Below are positions 1-9,541 of a stretch of 64,000 nt of DNA, piece after piece (the stretch's first letter is position 1; each line of letters starts with the position of its first letter). Source of the stretch: Ignavibacteriaceae bacterium (GTDB taxonomy: Bacteria; Bacteroidota; Ignavibacteria; Ignavibacteriales; Ignavibacteriaceae). A model generated the notes under the pieces. That model worked only from the letters and a program-made list of their open reading frames with translations, did no database searches and had not been told where the DNA came from. The stretch is taken from positions 44,775-108,774 of the forward strand of contig JBGSOQ010000062.1 of the NCBI GenBank assembly GCA_041739035.1. Reading direction: 5' to 3'. Made by a program: the position numbers and the translations under genes.

Positions 1-813
1 CTGTAAGTCTTTTGGACCATCAAAACTAACTTTATCAAGATTCCAAAAAATATCGGTATTTGATGTTAAATAATTTCCTACATATGCAGAAACAGATCCT
101 TCAAATTTTTGTGAACCTTCCTGAGTTACAATATTAACAACCCCGGAAAGTGCCTGACCGTATTCTGCATTAAATGTACCGCTTATAACCTCTAATTGTC
201 TAACAGAGTTATTTTCAATTTGAAATGAATTTCTACCATCAAAAACATTATTGATTGGGATACCATCAACAAGGTATGCAACTTCATTATCTCTTCCACC
301 TCTAAAGTGGCCGCCAACAACACCAGCTTGCAGATTAATTACCTGACTAAGATTATCAACAGGCATCATTTTAATTTCTTCTGATCCCACTATAGCTGAT
401 GATGAAGTTAAGTCATTGATTATCATTGGTTTCTCTGCCTGTACAACTACTTCGCCAAGCCTTACAGCTTCAGAAACCATTTCGACATTAACATCCGTGG
501 TCAAGTCTATTTTAACGCTTACCTTTTCAATAAATACTTTGTTATATCCAACTGCACTAACAATTACTGTGTAACTGCCGGGGGGAATGTTATTTATATA
601 ATATTCACCTTCAATATCTGCAGCGGCACCAAAATAAGTACCATCAACTATAACATTTGCACCAACAATCGGTTCTCCCGTGTCTTTATCAATAATTTTT
701 CCTCTTATCTTACCGGTTGTTCCTGCAAATGAAAAATCACTTATCATTAATACAGCAATTAATAGGCTTAAAAGTGTATAACAAATTTTATGTTTTGTAA
801 AAAGTCTCAACAT
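1..813 (-). CDS. TonB-dependent receptor, N-terminal part (CarboxypepD_reg-like domain + plug); gene continues past the left window edge
   Basis: Absent from the ORF track because it is open at the window edge. Minus-strand translation from the ATG at 813-811 gives MLRLFTKHKICYTLLSLLIAVLMISDFSFAGTTGKIRGKIIDKDTGEPIVGANVIVDG...PPGSYTVIVSAVGYNK, then plug-like ...MPVDNLSQVINLQAGVV...LEVISGTFNAEYGQALSGVVNIVTQEG. Clear paralogue of the N-terminus of 53818..56553. Confidence 0.8.
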   Translation of the reverse strand, partial: MLRLFTKHKICYTLLSLLIAVLMISDFSFAGTTGKIRGKIIDKDTGEPIVGANVIVDGTYFGAAADIEGEYYINNIPPGSYTVIVSAVGYNKVFIEKVSVKIDLTTDVNVEMVSEAVRLGEVVVQAEKPMIINDLTSSSAIVGSEEIKMMPVDNLSQVINLQAGVVGGHFRGGRDNEVAYLVDGIPINNVFDGRNSFQIENNSVRQLEVISGTFNAEYGQALSGVVNIVTQEGSQKFEGSVSAYVGNYLTSNTDIFWNLDKVSFDGPKDLQ

Positions 814-868
814 TTTTTTACCAATCATTATATTTAAACATTTTAATAACGGATTAGCATCTTTATAT

Positions 869-902
869 AAAAAAAGAGGCAGCCTTTAATTAAGGCTGCC
901 TC
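869..902 (-). terminator. Rho-independent terminator of 913..3519
   Basis: 9-bp stem GAGGCAGCC (876-884) / GGCTGCCTC (894-902) with a 9-nt loop. On the minus strand it is followed by a T7 run (plus-strand A run 869-875). It starts 10 nt after the stop codon. Confidence 0.75.
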
Positions 903-912
903 ACTACTAATA

Positions 913-3519
913 CTATTTAACTAAGATCATTTTCTTTGCTTCTTGATAGCTTCCGCTTTCTATTTTGTACATATATACGCCGGAAGATAATTTTGATGCA
1001 TTAAAATTGATATCATAAGAACCAGCTGCTTTTTCTTCGTTTACAAGTTCAACAACTTGACGACCTAAAACATCATATACCCTTAAAGTAACTAAGCCCG
1101 GTTGTGCAATGGAGTAACGAATTATTGTAGCAGGGTTAAATGGGTTTGGATAATTTTGTGACAAACTAAAGGTATTTACTAAACCATTTTCGTTTTCAAC
1201 ATCATTTGCATACCAATCTGTAATCCAGGTATGTGACCATACTGAAGGATTGTTATGTCCTTGATCATTATTTCTAGGAGAATAGAATAGCAAACCTTCT
1301 CTGCCTGTACCATCATTATCATTAATTCCAAAATCAATCGGAATCCTGTCACCATAACCAACACTTATTGTATCAGTAATAGCATCAGGTCGTTTTCTTA
1401 GCATAGCCATATCGTTTAATGATATCTTAGCTTCCACAACATAACCGGTCGGGAATAACTCGCCATAAAAATAATTAGGGCCTTCAACAAGTAATGAATC
1501 ATATTCATTTGTATAATCATCATTACGGGCAACGCCTTCATTAAATCTGATCTGATAATCCGGCTGTGAGCCTCGTTGATATGTAGTATGCATTGCTTTT
1601 TTCCAGTCATAAAGACCGATGAATAGATCCGGAGAATCTAATTCATAAGACTGAAATGTTCCGGTTGGAGTTAATACATCATCATTTACTTTAAATGCCA
1701 CATAAAGATAATTAGCATCAATGGCTACCCAGGCATCAGCAGAACAATCTGCGTCATTAGTAATCGTAAAATTAGGTCCAATTGTACCTGTACCATCTGA
1801 TGAATACATCCTGAATTTAGGAAGGCTTTGCCATTCAGCTAAGTTACCATCTGCAACAAATGCAGGTACAACTTCAGAAATTACAGCAACACCTTTAGCA
1901 TTGTTTGTAGTTGAAGCCGAAAAACCTGGCAAACCAATATTACCAGCAAAATCTTTACAAGTAATAGCGTAGTAATAAGTTACGCTTTGGTTAGTGTTTG
2001 GTGATAATAATAGATGATCAACAACCTGAATTCCTCCAAGAATATTTGAAGCAATTAGATCTACATTTGGTGAAGTAAGATCTGTTATTGGTTCCGTACT
2101 TGCATACACATTATATTTTTCACCGGATTCAAGTGGAACATCTTCCCAGGTAACCAGGTTTGTGAATGAACCAGGAACTACAAATATATTTGCTGGCGCA
2201 TTTGGAGCAACATCGTCAGCAAATTGGAAACCTGATGTTTGCAATATATCAAAAAATAATGAACCATCAGCTCTTAGCAATGTTCCAAATCCATCTTCAG
2301 TTCCTCTTCCGAAAATTTCTATTCTAACTTTTGTAATGAATTCTGGATTAAGCTCTAAATCACCAACGCCGTTTTTAAGTGCAAATCCATCTTTAGGAGG
2401 AAATCTATCATTAACACCCATTGGTCTTGGTGTTAGAGGTAAATAACATCTTGTCCAATCAAATGCCTGGCTTAAATCAACATCAGCATCTATAATCCAT
2501 TCTTCGACAGGACCAGAACTATTTTCCATTACAAAAAATCTAATAAATGCTCTACCTGCATCAGCTACAACCGGAGTAAGATTTTTTACATAAAGAACTA
2601 AAGCTGTTCTTTCAGCGATAGTTGAATCAACAGTTACTGCAGAATCAATAGCTACAAAGCCACCCCAAACAAATGGAGCGCTTAATGTATAATCAACTTT
2701 CAATGAACCAAGGCCTTCTGCTTTAACTGTACCTTCGTCTGTAACTGCAATAGCACCTTTGTCTGTACCTGCCCACTCCATCCAATCTAAACTCCATCCT
2801 GCTGATGAGTTATCAAAAGTAGTAAGAGGCGTATATCTGTTTCCTACTAATTTTAGGTTATCCCAAAGTACAGCACCAGTAGCAACTGGAGGATTAACAG
2901 GACCACCTGAAGTTAAATAGACAACTGCAAGTTCATACCCTTTAATATGCTCTATCTGTAAAATACCATCGCCATCAGCAAATTGAGCAACAAAACCTAA
3001 GGTATTGTTCGCATCTTCTCTTAGTGGTATCGTTATATCTAGCCAACCGCCAGAGGCATCAGAAAGATCAATAGCTGTATGATGTAACCACAAGTCTCTT
3101 GCGCCTTCATCATTATACTCAGCTAATTTTAGTTCAATAAAAGCCGTACCGGTAGCTGTCATATTAACAGGTGTAACAACTTTGTAACTAAGTGTGAGAT
3201 CGGTACCAGCACTCAAATCTAAGTAAGGGATAGTATCCATAGCAGCAGCCGAGTAAGTAGTTCTGACGACGTAACCACCCCAACCATCATAAGCTTCAAT
3301 ACGGTAATCCAACTTCATTGAACCTGTTCCTTGAATATGTTCAGGATCGTTAGTTAGATTGAATTCAGCGGTTGGTCCATTAGTAAAAAAATTTGAATTC
3401 AATACTGGTGGATCTGTAAATAGCGGTCCAACTGCGTTATCGAATGGTTCGACAACCCATTGTGCGTGCATAAGCGGCACAAGTGCTAACACGAAAAGAA
3501 ATGTTAGTATTTTTTTCAT
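913..3519 (-). CDS. Secreted multidomain carbohydrate-binding-like protein with T9SS C-terminal sorting domain
   Basis: 868-aa ORF with signal peptide MKKILTFLFVLALVPLMHAQ. Two duplicated beta-sandwich modules (GTGSMKLDYRIEAYDGWGGYVV / GLGSLKVDYTLSAPFVWGGFVAI). Fn3-like segment (APNAPANIFVVPGSFTNLVTWEDV). CBM9/DOMON-like segment (DAWVAIDANYLYVAFKVNDD). T9SS tail NYPNPFNPATIIRY...GVYMYKIESGSYQEAKKMILVK. GGAGAGG RBS. Confidence 0.85.
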   Translation of the reverse strand: MKKILTFLFVLALVPLMHAQWVVEPFDNAVGPLFTDPPVLNSNFFTNGPTAEFNLTNDPEHIQGTGSMKLDYRIEAYDGWGGYVVRTTYSAAAMDTIPYLDLSAGTDLTLSYKVVTPVNMTATGTAFIELKLAEYNDEGARDLWLHHTAIDLSDASGGWLDITIPLREDANNTLGFVAQFADGDGILQIEHIKGYELAVVYLTSGGPVNPPVATGAVLWDNLKLVGNRYTPLTTFDNSSAGWSLDWMEWAGTDKGAIAVTDEGTVKAEGLGSLKVDYTLSAPFVWGGFVAIDSAVTVDSTIAERTALVLYVKNLTPVVADAGRAFIRFFVMENSSGPVEEWIIDADVDLSQAFDWTRCYLPLTPRPMGVNDRFPPKDGFALKNGVGDLELNPEFITKVRIEIFGRGTEDGFGTLLRADGSLFFDILQTSGFQFADDVAPNAPANIFVVPGSFTNLVTWEDVPLESGEKYNVYASTEPITDLTSPNVDLIASNILGGIQVVDHLLLSPNTNQSVTYYYAITCKDFAGNIGLPGFSASTTNNAKGVAVISEVVPAFVADGNLAEWQSLPKFRMYSSDGTGTIGPNFTITNDADCSADAWVAIDANYLYVAFKVNDDVLTPTGTFQSYELDSPDLFIGLYDWKKAMHTTYQRGSQPDYQIRFNEGVARNDDYTNEYDSLLVEGPNYFYGELFPTGYVVEAKISLNDMAMLRKRPDAITDTISVGYGDRIPIDFGINDNDGTGREGLLFYSPRNNDQGHNNPSVWSHTWITDWYANDVENENGLVNTFSLSQNYPNPFNPATIIRYSIAQPGLVTLRVYDVLGRQVVELVNEEKAAGSYDINFNASKLSSGVYMYKIESGSYQEAKKMILVK

Positions 3520-3636
3520 ATACCTCTCCTTTTGTTTAAGGTTTTATTAGTAACAGTAATTAGCATTAAATTAAAAATCATATTAAAATTATTAAAATAT
3601 TCTAGAATAAATATTAACAAGAACAAGAAAATACAA

Positions 3637-3650
3637 TGTAAACGTTTACA
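3637..3650. promoter_or_regulatory. Perfect 14-bp palindrome TGTAAACGTTTACA, candidate LacI/CcpA-type (cre-like) operator
   Basis: Read directly from the sequence. It fits the TGWAANCGNTNWCA-type consensus of LacI-family operators. It is intergenic, 118 nt upstream of the start codon at 3519. Confidence 0.45.
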
Positions 3651-3711
3651 TACGCTATTTAACTTAAATTATTAAAATCAAAATGTCAAGAGTTTACAAT
3701 TATTAAGATAA

Positions 3712-5340
3712 TTAATACCAGATGCTCCATAGACCAATAATAATAATCACTATGAATGCTGACAAAACAAAATTAGATTTTAATCCGTGCACTGTTCGAA
3801 TACTAGCAAAATTGTTCTTCAGTTCTAAAAAACTTTCTGAAATTGAATTTCTAATTTCAATAATAATTCCGCTAGTAATCTTAACGGAGGAGTAATTTAG
3901 GACTAAGATAATTGTTACGCTTACCGTAAAAAGAAATATTGCAAAGTGAAGAAAATTTACACCTAAAACCCAGATTAGAATTGGATGCAGTTCTATACCA
4001 ATATTATTTATCATCTCTAATAATAGTCTGCTTATTCCAATGGATTCACCGACAATCAAGGTAATGAAAGCAGTTCTGGAATTTATTTTCTTTGAGAATA
4101 AACCAAATAAAAACACTGCAGTAATAGGAGGACTAACGAATGCCTGGACACTTTGAAGAAATAAATAAACTTGTGAACTGATTAGTTTTACAAAAGGCAC
4201 AATAATTATTGCAGCAACAACTACAGCAGTTGTGGATAATCTTCCAACTAAAACTAGTTTTCTTTCATTTGCCTGAGGGTTACGAATTTTATAAAAATCA
4301 TTTGTAAACAATACAGCTGTACTGTTAAACGCTCCGGCAAGTGATGACATAATGGCGGCAAGTAATCCGGCAACAACAATTCCCTTTAAACCTGTTGGAA
4401 GCAAATCACCAGCCACAAGAGCAGAGTAAGCCTCATCTCCATTAATTTCAGGATAAAGTGCAGCGGCAATCAAACCAGGCAGCACAAGAATAAAAATTGG
4501 TAATATTTTTAAAAATGCAGCCAGCAATGTGCCCCTTCTAGCATCGTTAATTGATTTTGCGCTAAACAATCTTTGAACTATATATTGATCTGTACACCAA
4601 TACCAGAATGCAATTATTGGAGCTCCGAATAATATTCCCGTCCATGGAAAATCAGGATCAGTGATAGGTTTAAACATATTAAAGAAATCAGCAGGAAGTT
4701 TTTGTTCAAGACCTGAAAATCCACCCACGGCATTTAAACCAAAAGCAGAAAGTATTACAGCACCAAGAATTAGAACTATACCTTGAAATAATTGAGTGCG
4801 CATAACAGCATTTACACCGCCTGTAACGCTGTAAAGTCCTGTAATCAAAATAATAATTATTGAAGATGCGTAAATGTTCAGACCGAATATTTTATAAAAA
4901 AGTAATCCGGCTGCAAACAGTGAAACCAATATTTTTGTAAAGATGTAAATTACAATTGAAAAGCCCGCAAACATCTTTCTAATTTTTCTATCAAATCTTT
5001 TTTCTAAAAATTCCGGAACTGTAACCACTCCTGATTTAAGATAAATGGGTGCAAGAATCCAACCTAAGAAAATAAGTGTAAATATTGCCATCAACTCAAA
5101 CTGTCCTACAGCTAATCCGCGTGTTGACCCTGAGCCTGCTAATCCAATAAAATGTTCGCTTGAAATATTTGTAGCAAAAATTGAAATGCCGACAGTAAAC
5201 CAACCGATATTTCTTCCTGCCAAAAAATAATCTGAATAATTTTCATCACTGCGGCGGGAATAATAGAAACCCAGACTCAATACAATTATTAAGTATGCAA
5301 CTAAGACAAGTAAATCTATTTGGCTGAAAATTGTTGACAC
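3712..5340 (-). CDS. Sodium:solute symporter family (SSF/SGLT-like) transporter
   Basis: 542-aa polytopic membrane ORF. SSF signature region YFLAGRNIGWFTVGISIFATNISSEHFIGLAGSG. GTG start. Confidence 0.9.
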   Translation of the reverse strand: MSTIFSQIDLLVLVAYLIIVLSLGFYYSRRSDENYSDYFLAGRNIGWFTVGISIFATNISSEHFIGLAGSGSTRGLAVGQFELMAIFTLIFLGWILAPIYLKSGVVTVPEFLEKRFDRKIRKMFAGFSIVIYIFTKILVSLFAAGLLFYKIFGLNIYASSIIIILITGLYSVTGGVNAVMRTQLFQGIVLILGAVILSAFGLNAVGGFSGLEQKLPADFFNMFKPITDPDFPWTGILFGAPIIAFWYWCTDQYIVQRLFSAKSINDARRGTLLAAFLKILPIFILVLPGLIAAALYPEINGDEAYSALVAGDLLPTGLKGIVVAGLLAAIMSSLAGAFNSTAVLFTNDFYKIRNPQANERKLVLVGRLSTTAVVVAAIIIVPFVKLISSQVYLFLQSVQAFVSPPITAVFLFGLFSKKINSRTAFITLIVGESIGISRLLLEMINNIGIELHPILIWVLGVNFLHFAIFLFTVSVTIILVLNYSSVKITSGIIIEIRNSISESFLELKNNFASIRTVHGLKSNFVLSAFIVIIIIGLWSIWY

Positions 5341-5537
5341 TTGTGTGATTAATTTTTCAATAAAAAGAATAACATATTCACAAATAGTGCCGTGTATTTT
5401 TAGATAAAAATCCAGTAAACAATCCTTTTTATTGATTAAAAAAAATTTGCACGGACATCAATTATTAAATTGATAAATAACACTTATTATTTTAATAATG
5501 GAATGGGTATTGTGGTAAGTAAATCGAATAAATAAAA

Positions 5538-5583
5538 AGGCTGGATTAGTATTTTTTTAATATTCTAAATCCTAAAACAGCCT
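5538..5583 (-). terminator. Possible terminator hairpin downstream of 5611..8142
   Basis: AGGCTG (5538-5543) / CAGCCT (5578-5583) closing stem with an inner imperfect GGATTAG/CTAAATCC stem. A T-rich tract follows on the minus strand. The hairpin is long and imperfect. Confidence 0.4.
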
Positions 5584-5610
5584 TATGTAAAAAAGAGAAA
5601 ATTGGAAATA

Positions 5611-8142
5611 CTATCTAAGTAACATCATCTTTTTAACTTCAGAAAAGTTATTAACCTGAATTTTATAGAAATAAACACCACTTGAAAGATTGTCAGCTTT
5701 AAATGCTACGTTGTAATATCCGGCATTCATTTCTTCATCAACAAGAACTTTTACAAGATTACCAAGTATATCATATACTTTTAAGGAAACAATTCCGGAT
5801 TCTTTGACTCCGAATTTTATTTCCGTATATGGATTAAAGGGGTTTGGATAATTCTGATTCAGTTCATAATCCACCGGAAAAGAATTATCATCAACACCTA
5901 ATACATTGTTAAAAGATGTTACTGTTGACCAATCTGACCATTTCAAATTATGATCACGATACTTAACTCTATAGTAATACAAATTACCTGAAATAAATCT
6001 TGAAGAATTGAAAGACAGTTTTGTTAAGTCTATTCCTTCATTTAAATCAATCGGATTGAATAAAGCATCAACACCATAGATGTTTGACCAATGGATCATT
6101 GTATCAATTACGGTGGTTGTAAAATTTTCATTCTGAGAGATTTGAATTTTAACGGTCATCAAGGAATCACCGCTAATTTGAGAAGTATTAAAGGTAATTT
6201 TATCCACGGCAACAGTTGGAGCATATGTAATTGGATTATTAGGCGCTGCCTGATTGTCCTTTCTGTACCACTTATCCATAATCTCATTATTTCGAACTTT
6301 GCTTATATTACCCAGACTGTACATTGTTGATTCATATGTTTTATTGGCTACATCAATTTCTATAATCTGATAAAAATAATGATCGAATGTTTTTTGTATT
6401 TGCGGAAAATCATTATTAACAAAGGCTCCCCAACGATCGGTTGCACCGCCTCCGCCGCCACCGCAAATTATTCTAAAATCACTTCTTGGATCAACGGATT
6501 GAGATTCAAGTGTTCCTCTTTCATACCCGTGCGTATGACCGTAAGAATGCTGAACGACTTTAGAATATTTTTTTAGAATTGGATAAATTTGATTTGTAAT
6601 ATAGCCCGGTCCAGCATCATATGTCATTCCTTCACCCCAAAGTTCTGTTACTGAAAAATGATGTGACATAACAAATACAAAATCGACTGTCGGATCAGCT
6701 TGAACATTCATTAAATAATTATCAAGCCATGTTTTCTGAAGTGTACCAAGAGAAGAAACAGCACAAGAGTTTAAACCAATAAAAACTGTATTTGCAACTT
6801 TCATAGCCCAGAATTTTTCATTGGTAGCCGGAATTGGAGAAACTTCATCATAGTGCATGTACTTGTAATAGTTCTGATGCTCTCCTTCATGATTTCCGGT
6901 TATTGTCATAAATGGAATGTTTGGTGATATCGGAGACATTGGCGCAAAATACTGATCCGTCCATTGAATTATATCACTACCGCTGACAACTAAATCCCCT
7001 GAATGTACAACAAGATTAATTTGATTTTGTATATCATTACCATAAAGCTGCTGCATAGTAAGTTTAGCCTGTTTAATTACTTTAACAGCCATAGTTGTAT
7101 CGCCACTATGCGTATCACTTAACAATAAAAATCTTAGTTTACCTGTATAATTACTGTCAGGTAACGTTCTAAAAGAATAAATATTAGATGCACCAGTACC
7201 GCTTACTGCTCTATAAAAATATTCAGTATTCGGGACCAGACCTGTTAATTTAACTGAATGCCATCTATATGTTGAAGCTACTAATTCATTTGTGCCACTG
7301 GTTGTTTGTCCAAGTGATTGAGTTGTTCCGTATTCAACATTTGTTATTGAAGATAAAGTATCATGCCAGCATACCCAAACTGAAGTTGGTGTAGGCATTT
7401 GCAAATAGGGCACAAGAATTAATTGAAGAGTTTGCGGACCTGCAACCTGATGACCGAATCCGCCTAAATTTGAAACTTCCAGTGCAGATAATGCTCTATC
7501 CCAAATACCAATTTCAGAAACAATTATATCGCTATCTTCACCATCTTCATCAGCAAACATAAGAAGTAAAGAATCAAGTGAGAATCTATCATCAATCGCC
7601 TGAACATTTCCGGTCTTCAGCAATTGGCCATCCATATAAAAATTATACTGGGTACCGTTTTTAACAGAAATAATCATTCGATACCATTCATTTACTTTAA
7701 CAGCATAACCTGAATAACCTGTAGCCTGCGTTCCAATATTCCCGGAAGGATTAATAAAACAATCACCATCATTATTATTAAGAATTGTTGTCTGGAAAAA
7801 GCAATGCCATATTCCTAAAGCTTCAATTTTAAAATCTATTTGGAGAGAATATTCATTTACTTTATTTCCACCGCCATTTGCTGGAATTTGATGCCTCATT
7901 TTATAATGACTTCCAACACCAATTTTAACTGCATAATCTGTAGAATTAACTCCTTGTGCTACTTGGTGAGTTCCAACTAATTGTAAGGGTAATCCATATC
8001 CTGGAACAGGTGCAACAATATTAGTTGTATCATTAAATTTCCACCACCCAACTCTATCCACCGTTGAAATATCTTGAGCTATTGTTAACGAAGAATAAAA
8101 CAACACTACAGAAATTAAATAAAACACTTTTCTCAGACTCAT
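5611..8142 (-). CDS. Secreted LamG-domain / purple-acid-phosphatase-like metallophosphoesterase with T9SS sorting domain
   Basis: 843 aa with a signal peptide. N-terminal Laminin_G_3-like domain. Metallophosphatase motifs LLLSDTHSGD, VHSGDLV, ITGNHEGE, VMSHHF and YGHTHGYERG, preceded by a PAP N-terminal Fn3-like segment (NVEYGTT...TEYFYRAVSG). Tail NYPNPFNPYTEIKF...GVYFYKIQVNNFSEVKKMMLLR. Confidence 0.9.
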   Translation of the reverse strand: MSLRKVFYLISVVLFYSSLTIAQDISTVDRVGWWKFNDTTNIVAPVPGYGLPLQLVGTHQVAQGVNSTDYAVKIGVGSHYKMRHQIPANGGGNKVNEYSLQIDFKIEALGIWHCFFQTTILNNNDGDCFINPSGNIGTQATGYSGYAVKVNEWYRMIISVKNGTQYNFYMDGQLLKTGNVQAIDDRFSLDSLLLMFADEDGEDSDIIVSEIGIWDRALSALEVSNLGGFGHQVAGPQTLQLILVPYLQMPTPTSVWVCWHDTLSSITNVEYGTTQSLGQTTSGTNELVASTYRWHSVKLTGLVPNTEYFYRAVSGTGASNIYSFRTLPDSNYTGKLRFLLLSDTHSGDTTMAVKVIKQAKLTMQQLYGNDIQNQINLVVHSGDLVVSGSDIIQWTDQYFAPMSPISPNIPFMTITGNHEGEHQNYYKYMHYDEVSPIPATNEKFWAMKVANTVFIGLNSCAVSSLGTLQKTWLDNYLMNVQADPTVDFVFVMSHHFSVTELWGEGMTYDAGPGYITNQIYPILKKYSKVVQHSYGHTHGYERGTLESQSVDPRSDFRIICGGGGGGATDRWGAFVNNDFPQIQKTFDHYFYQIIEIDVANKTYESTMYSLGNISKVRNNEIMDKWYRKDNQAAPNNPITYAPTVAVDKITFNTSQISGDSLMTVKIQISQNENFTTTVIDTMIHWSNIYGVDALFNPIDLNEGIDLTKLSFNSSRFISGNLYYYRVKYRDHNLKWSDWSTVTSFNNVLGVDDNSFPVDYELNQNYPNPFNPYTEIKFGVKESGIVSLKVYDILGNLVKVLVDEEMNAGYYNVAFKADNLSSGVYFYKIQVNNFSEVKKMMLLR

Positions 8143-8156
8143 ATATTTTCCTTTGA

Positions 8157-8192
8157 TAAAAAAAGTGCTGATAACATTATGCTATCAGCACT
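8157..8192 (-). terminator. Rho-independent terminator of 8201..9469
   Basis: 10-bp stem AGTGCTGATA (8164-8173) / TATCAGCACT (8183-8192) with a 9-nt loop. A T7 run follows on the minus strand. Confidence 0.8.
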
Positions 8193-8200
8193 TTAAAAAA

Positions 8201-9469
8201 TTATTTAACTAACATCATTTTAATTCGTTGAACATTTTCATTTGCTCTTAATTCAGCAAAGTAAATTCCACTAGCCAAATTATTACCGCCTGAAACTGAA
8301 CTAAATTGTTGTTTATAACTTCCTGCTGACTGATAATCATTAACTAATTCAGTTACAAGTTCTCCAACAGAGTTATATATTTTAAGTGTTACAAAACCAT
8401 CTACAGGTAAATTGTAAGCAATTATTGTAGATGGGTTAAATGGATTAGGATAGTTATTCAATAATTCAAATTTAGTTGGAGCTATTTCAACTTCAACAAC
8501 ATCAGAGTATGCAAATGTTCCGTTAAAATCAATTTGTTTTAATCGATATGAAATAGTTCCTGTATTTTCCGGAACATCAACAAAAGAATAATTTTGTGTA
8601 TTTGTGGTTGTACCGTTACCTTTAACAAATCCAATAACTCTCCAATCGGTTTGCTGGTCTTTCTTCTGAATTTCAAATCCATTATTATTCAATTCAGTAG
8701 CAGTAGACCATTGCAATAAAATATTTCCAGATGATTGTGTTGCTGCAAATGAGGTAAGTTCAACCGGAAGAACTGTTCCAACTGCGCCAAGAGAAGCAAT
8801 TGCAGATGCAGAAAGTGGTGTATTCCAAATCGCTATTTCTGCAATTTCAATCAAACCATCATCACCATCATCATCCCCAAGAAAATGAATGACTGATGCT
8901 AAAGAATAACGAACATCATCAACCGGACGAACATTATGATCAAATACTAATTGACCATCAATGTATGCTTTAAAGTAATTACCATTCTCAACAGATAGAA
9001 TCAGTCTATACCAGGTATTATCCGCAACTACAAATGGTGTTGTATAACCTAAATCTAATGTACCCATCGCACCAGTAGTGCTTCTTATAAAATATTCTCC
9101 ATCATTAGCGGTAACAAGAGGATCTGTTTGAAAAAAGTTATGCCACATACCAAGAGCTTGAGCAACTTTAAAATCAAACATAAGCGTATATTGATTTACT
9201 TTTGTTCCACCGCCATTAGGAGCGATACCGTGCGTAGCTGTATAATAACTACCAGGACCTATGCTTATTGCGCCATTCCCAGCGCTTGGTCCGGCTACTG
9301 CTGTATGAGTACCTGTTAAGACTAAGTCAGTACCATAACCAGGAACTGCAGCTGTTAAATTTGATGCATTATCAAATGACCACCAACCTTGCGGCATTTG
9401 TGCATAACTAACTGATGTTAGTAGAACAATAGCTGCAACTAAAAAACGACGAAGTACCTGAAGTTTCAT
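8201..9469 (-). CDS. Secreted LamG-domain protein with T9SS sorting domain (tandem paralogue of the N-terminus of 5611..8142)
   Basis: 422 aa. WWSFDNASNLTAAVPGYGTDLVLTGTH...YIDGQLVF...IAIWNTPLSASAI aligns by eye with WWKFNDTTNIVAPVPGYGLPLQLVGTH...YMDGQLLK...IGIWDRALSALEV of the neighbouring gene. Fn3-like middle. Tail NYPNPFNPSTIIAY...GIYFAELRANENVQRIKMMLVK. GAGGAG RBS. Confidence 0.85.
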   Translation of the reverse strand: MKLQVLRRFLVAAIVLLTSVSYAQMPQGWWSFDNASNLTAAVPGYGTDLVLTGTHTAVAGPSAGNGAISIGPGSYYTATHGIAPNGGGTKVNQYTLMFDFKVAQALGMWHNFFQTDPLVTANDGEYFIRSTTGAMGTLDLGYTTPFVVADNTWYRLILSVENGNYFKAYIDGQLVFDHNVRPVDDVRYSLASVIHFLGDDDGDDGLIEIAEIAIWNTPLSASAIASLGAVGTVLPVELTSFAATQSSGNILLQWSTATELNNNGFEIQKKDQQTDWRVIGFVKGNGTTTNTQNYSFVDVPENTGTISYRLKQIDFNGTFAYSDVVEVEIAPTKFELLNNYPNPFNPSTIIAYNLPVDGFVTLKIYNSVGELVTELVNDYQSAGSYKQQFSSVSGGNNLASGIYFAELRANENVQRIKMMLVK

Positions 9470-9541
9470 AACGCTCTCCTCTTTAAGTTGATAAATATTA
9501 AGTGAACAGTTTAATTAATTGAATTTGCATTTATATTAAAA

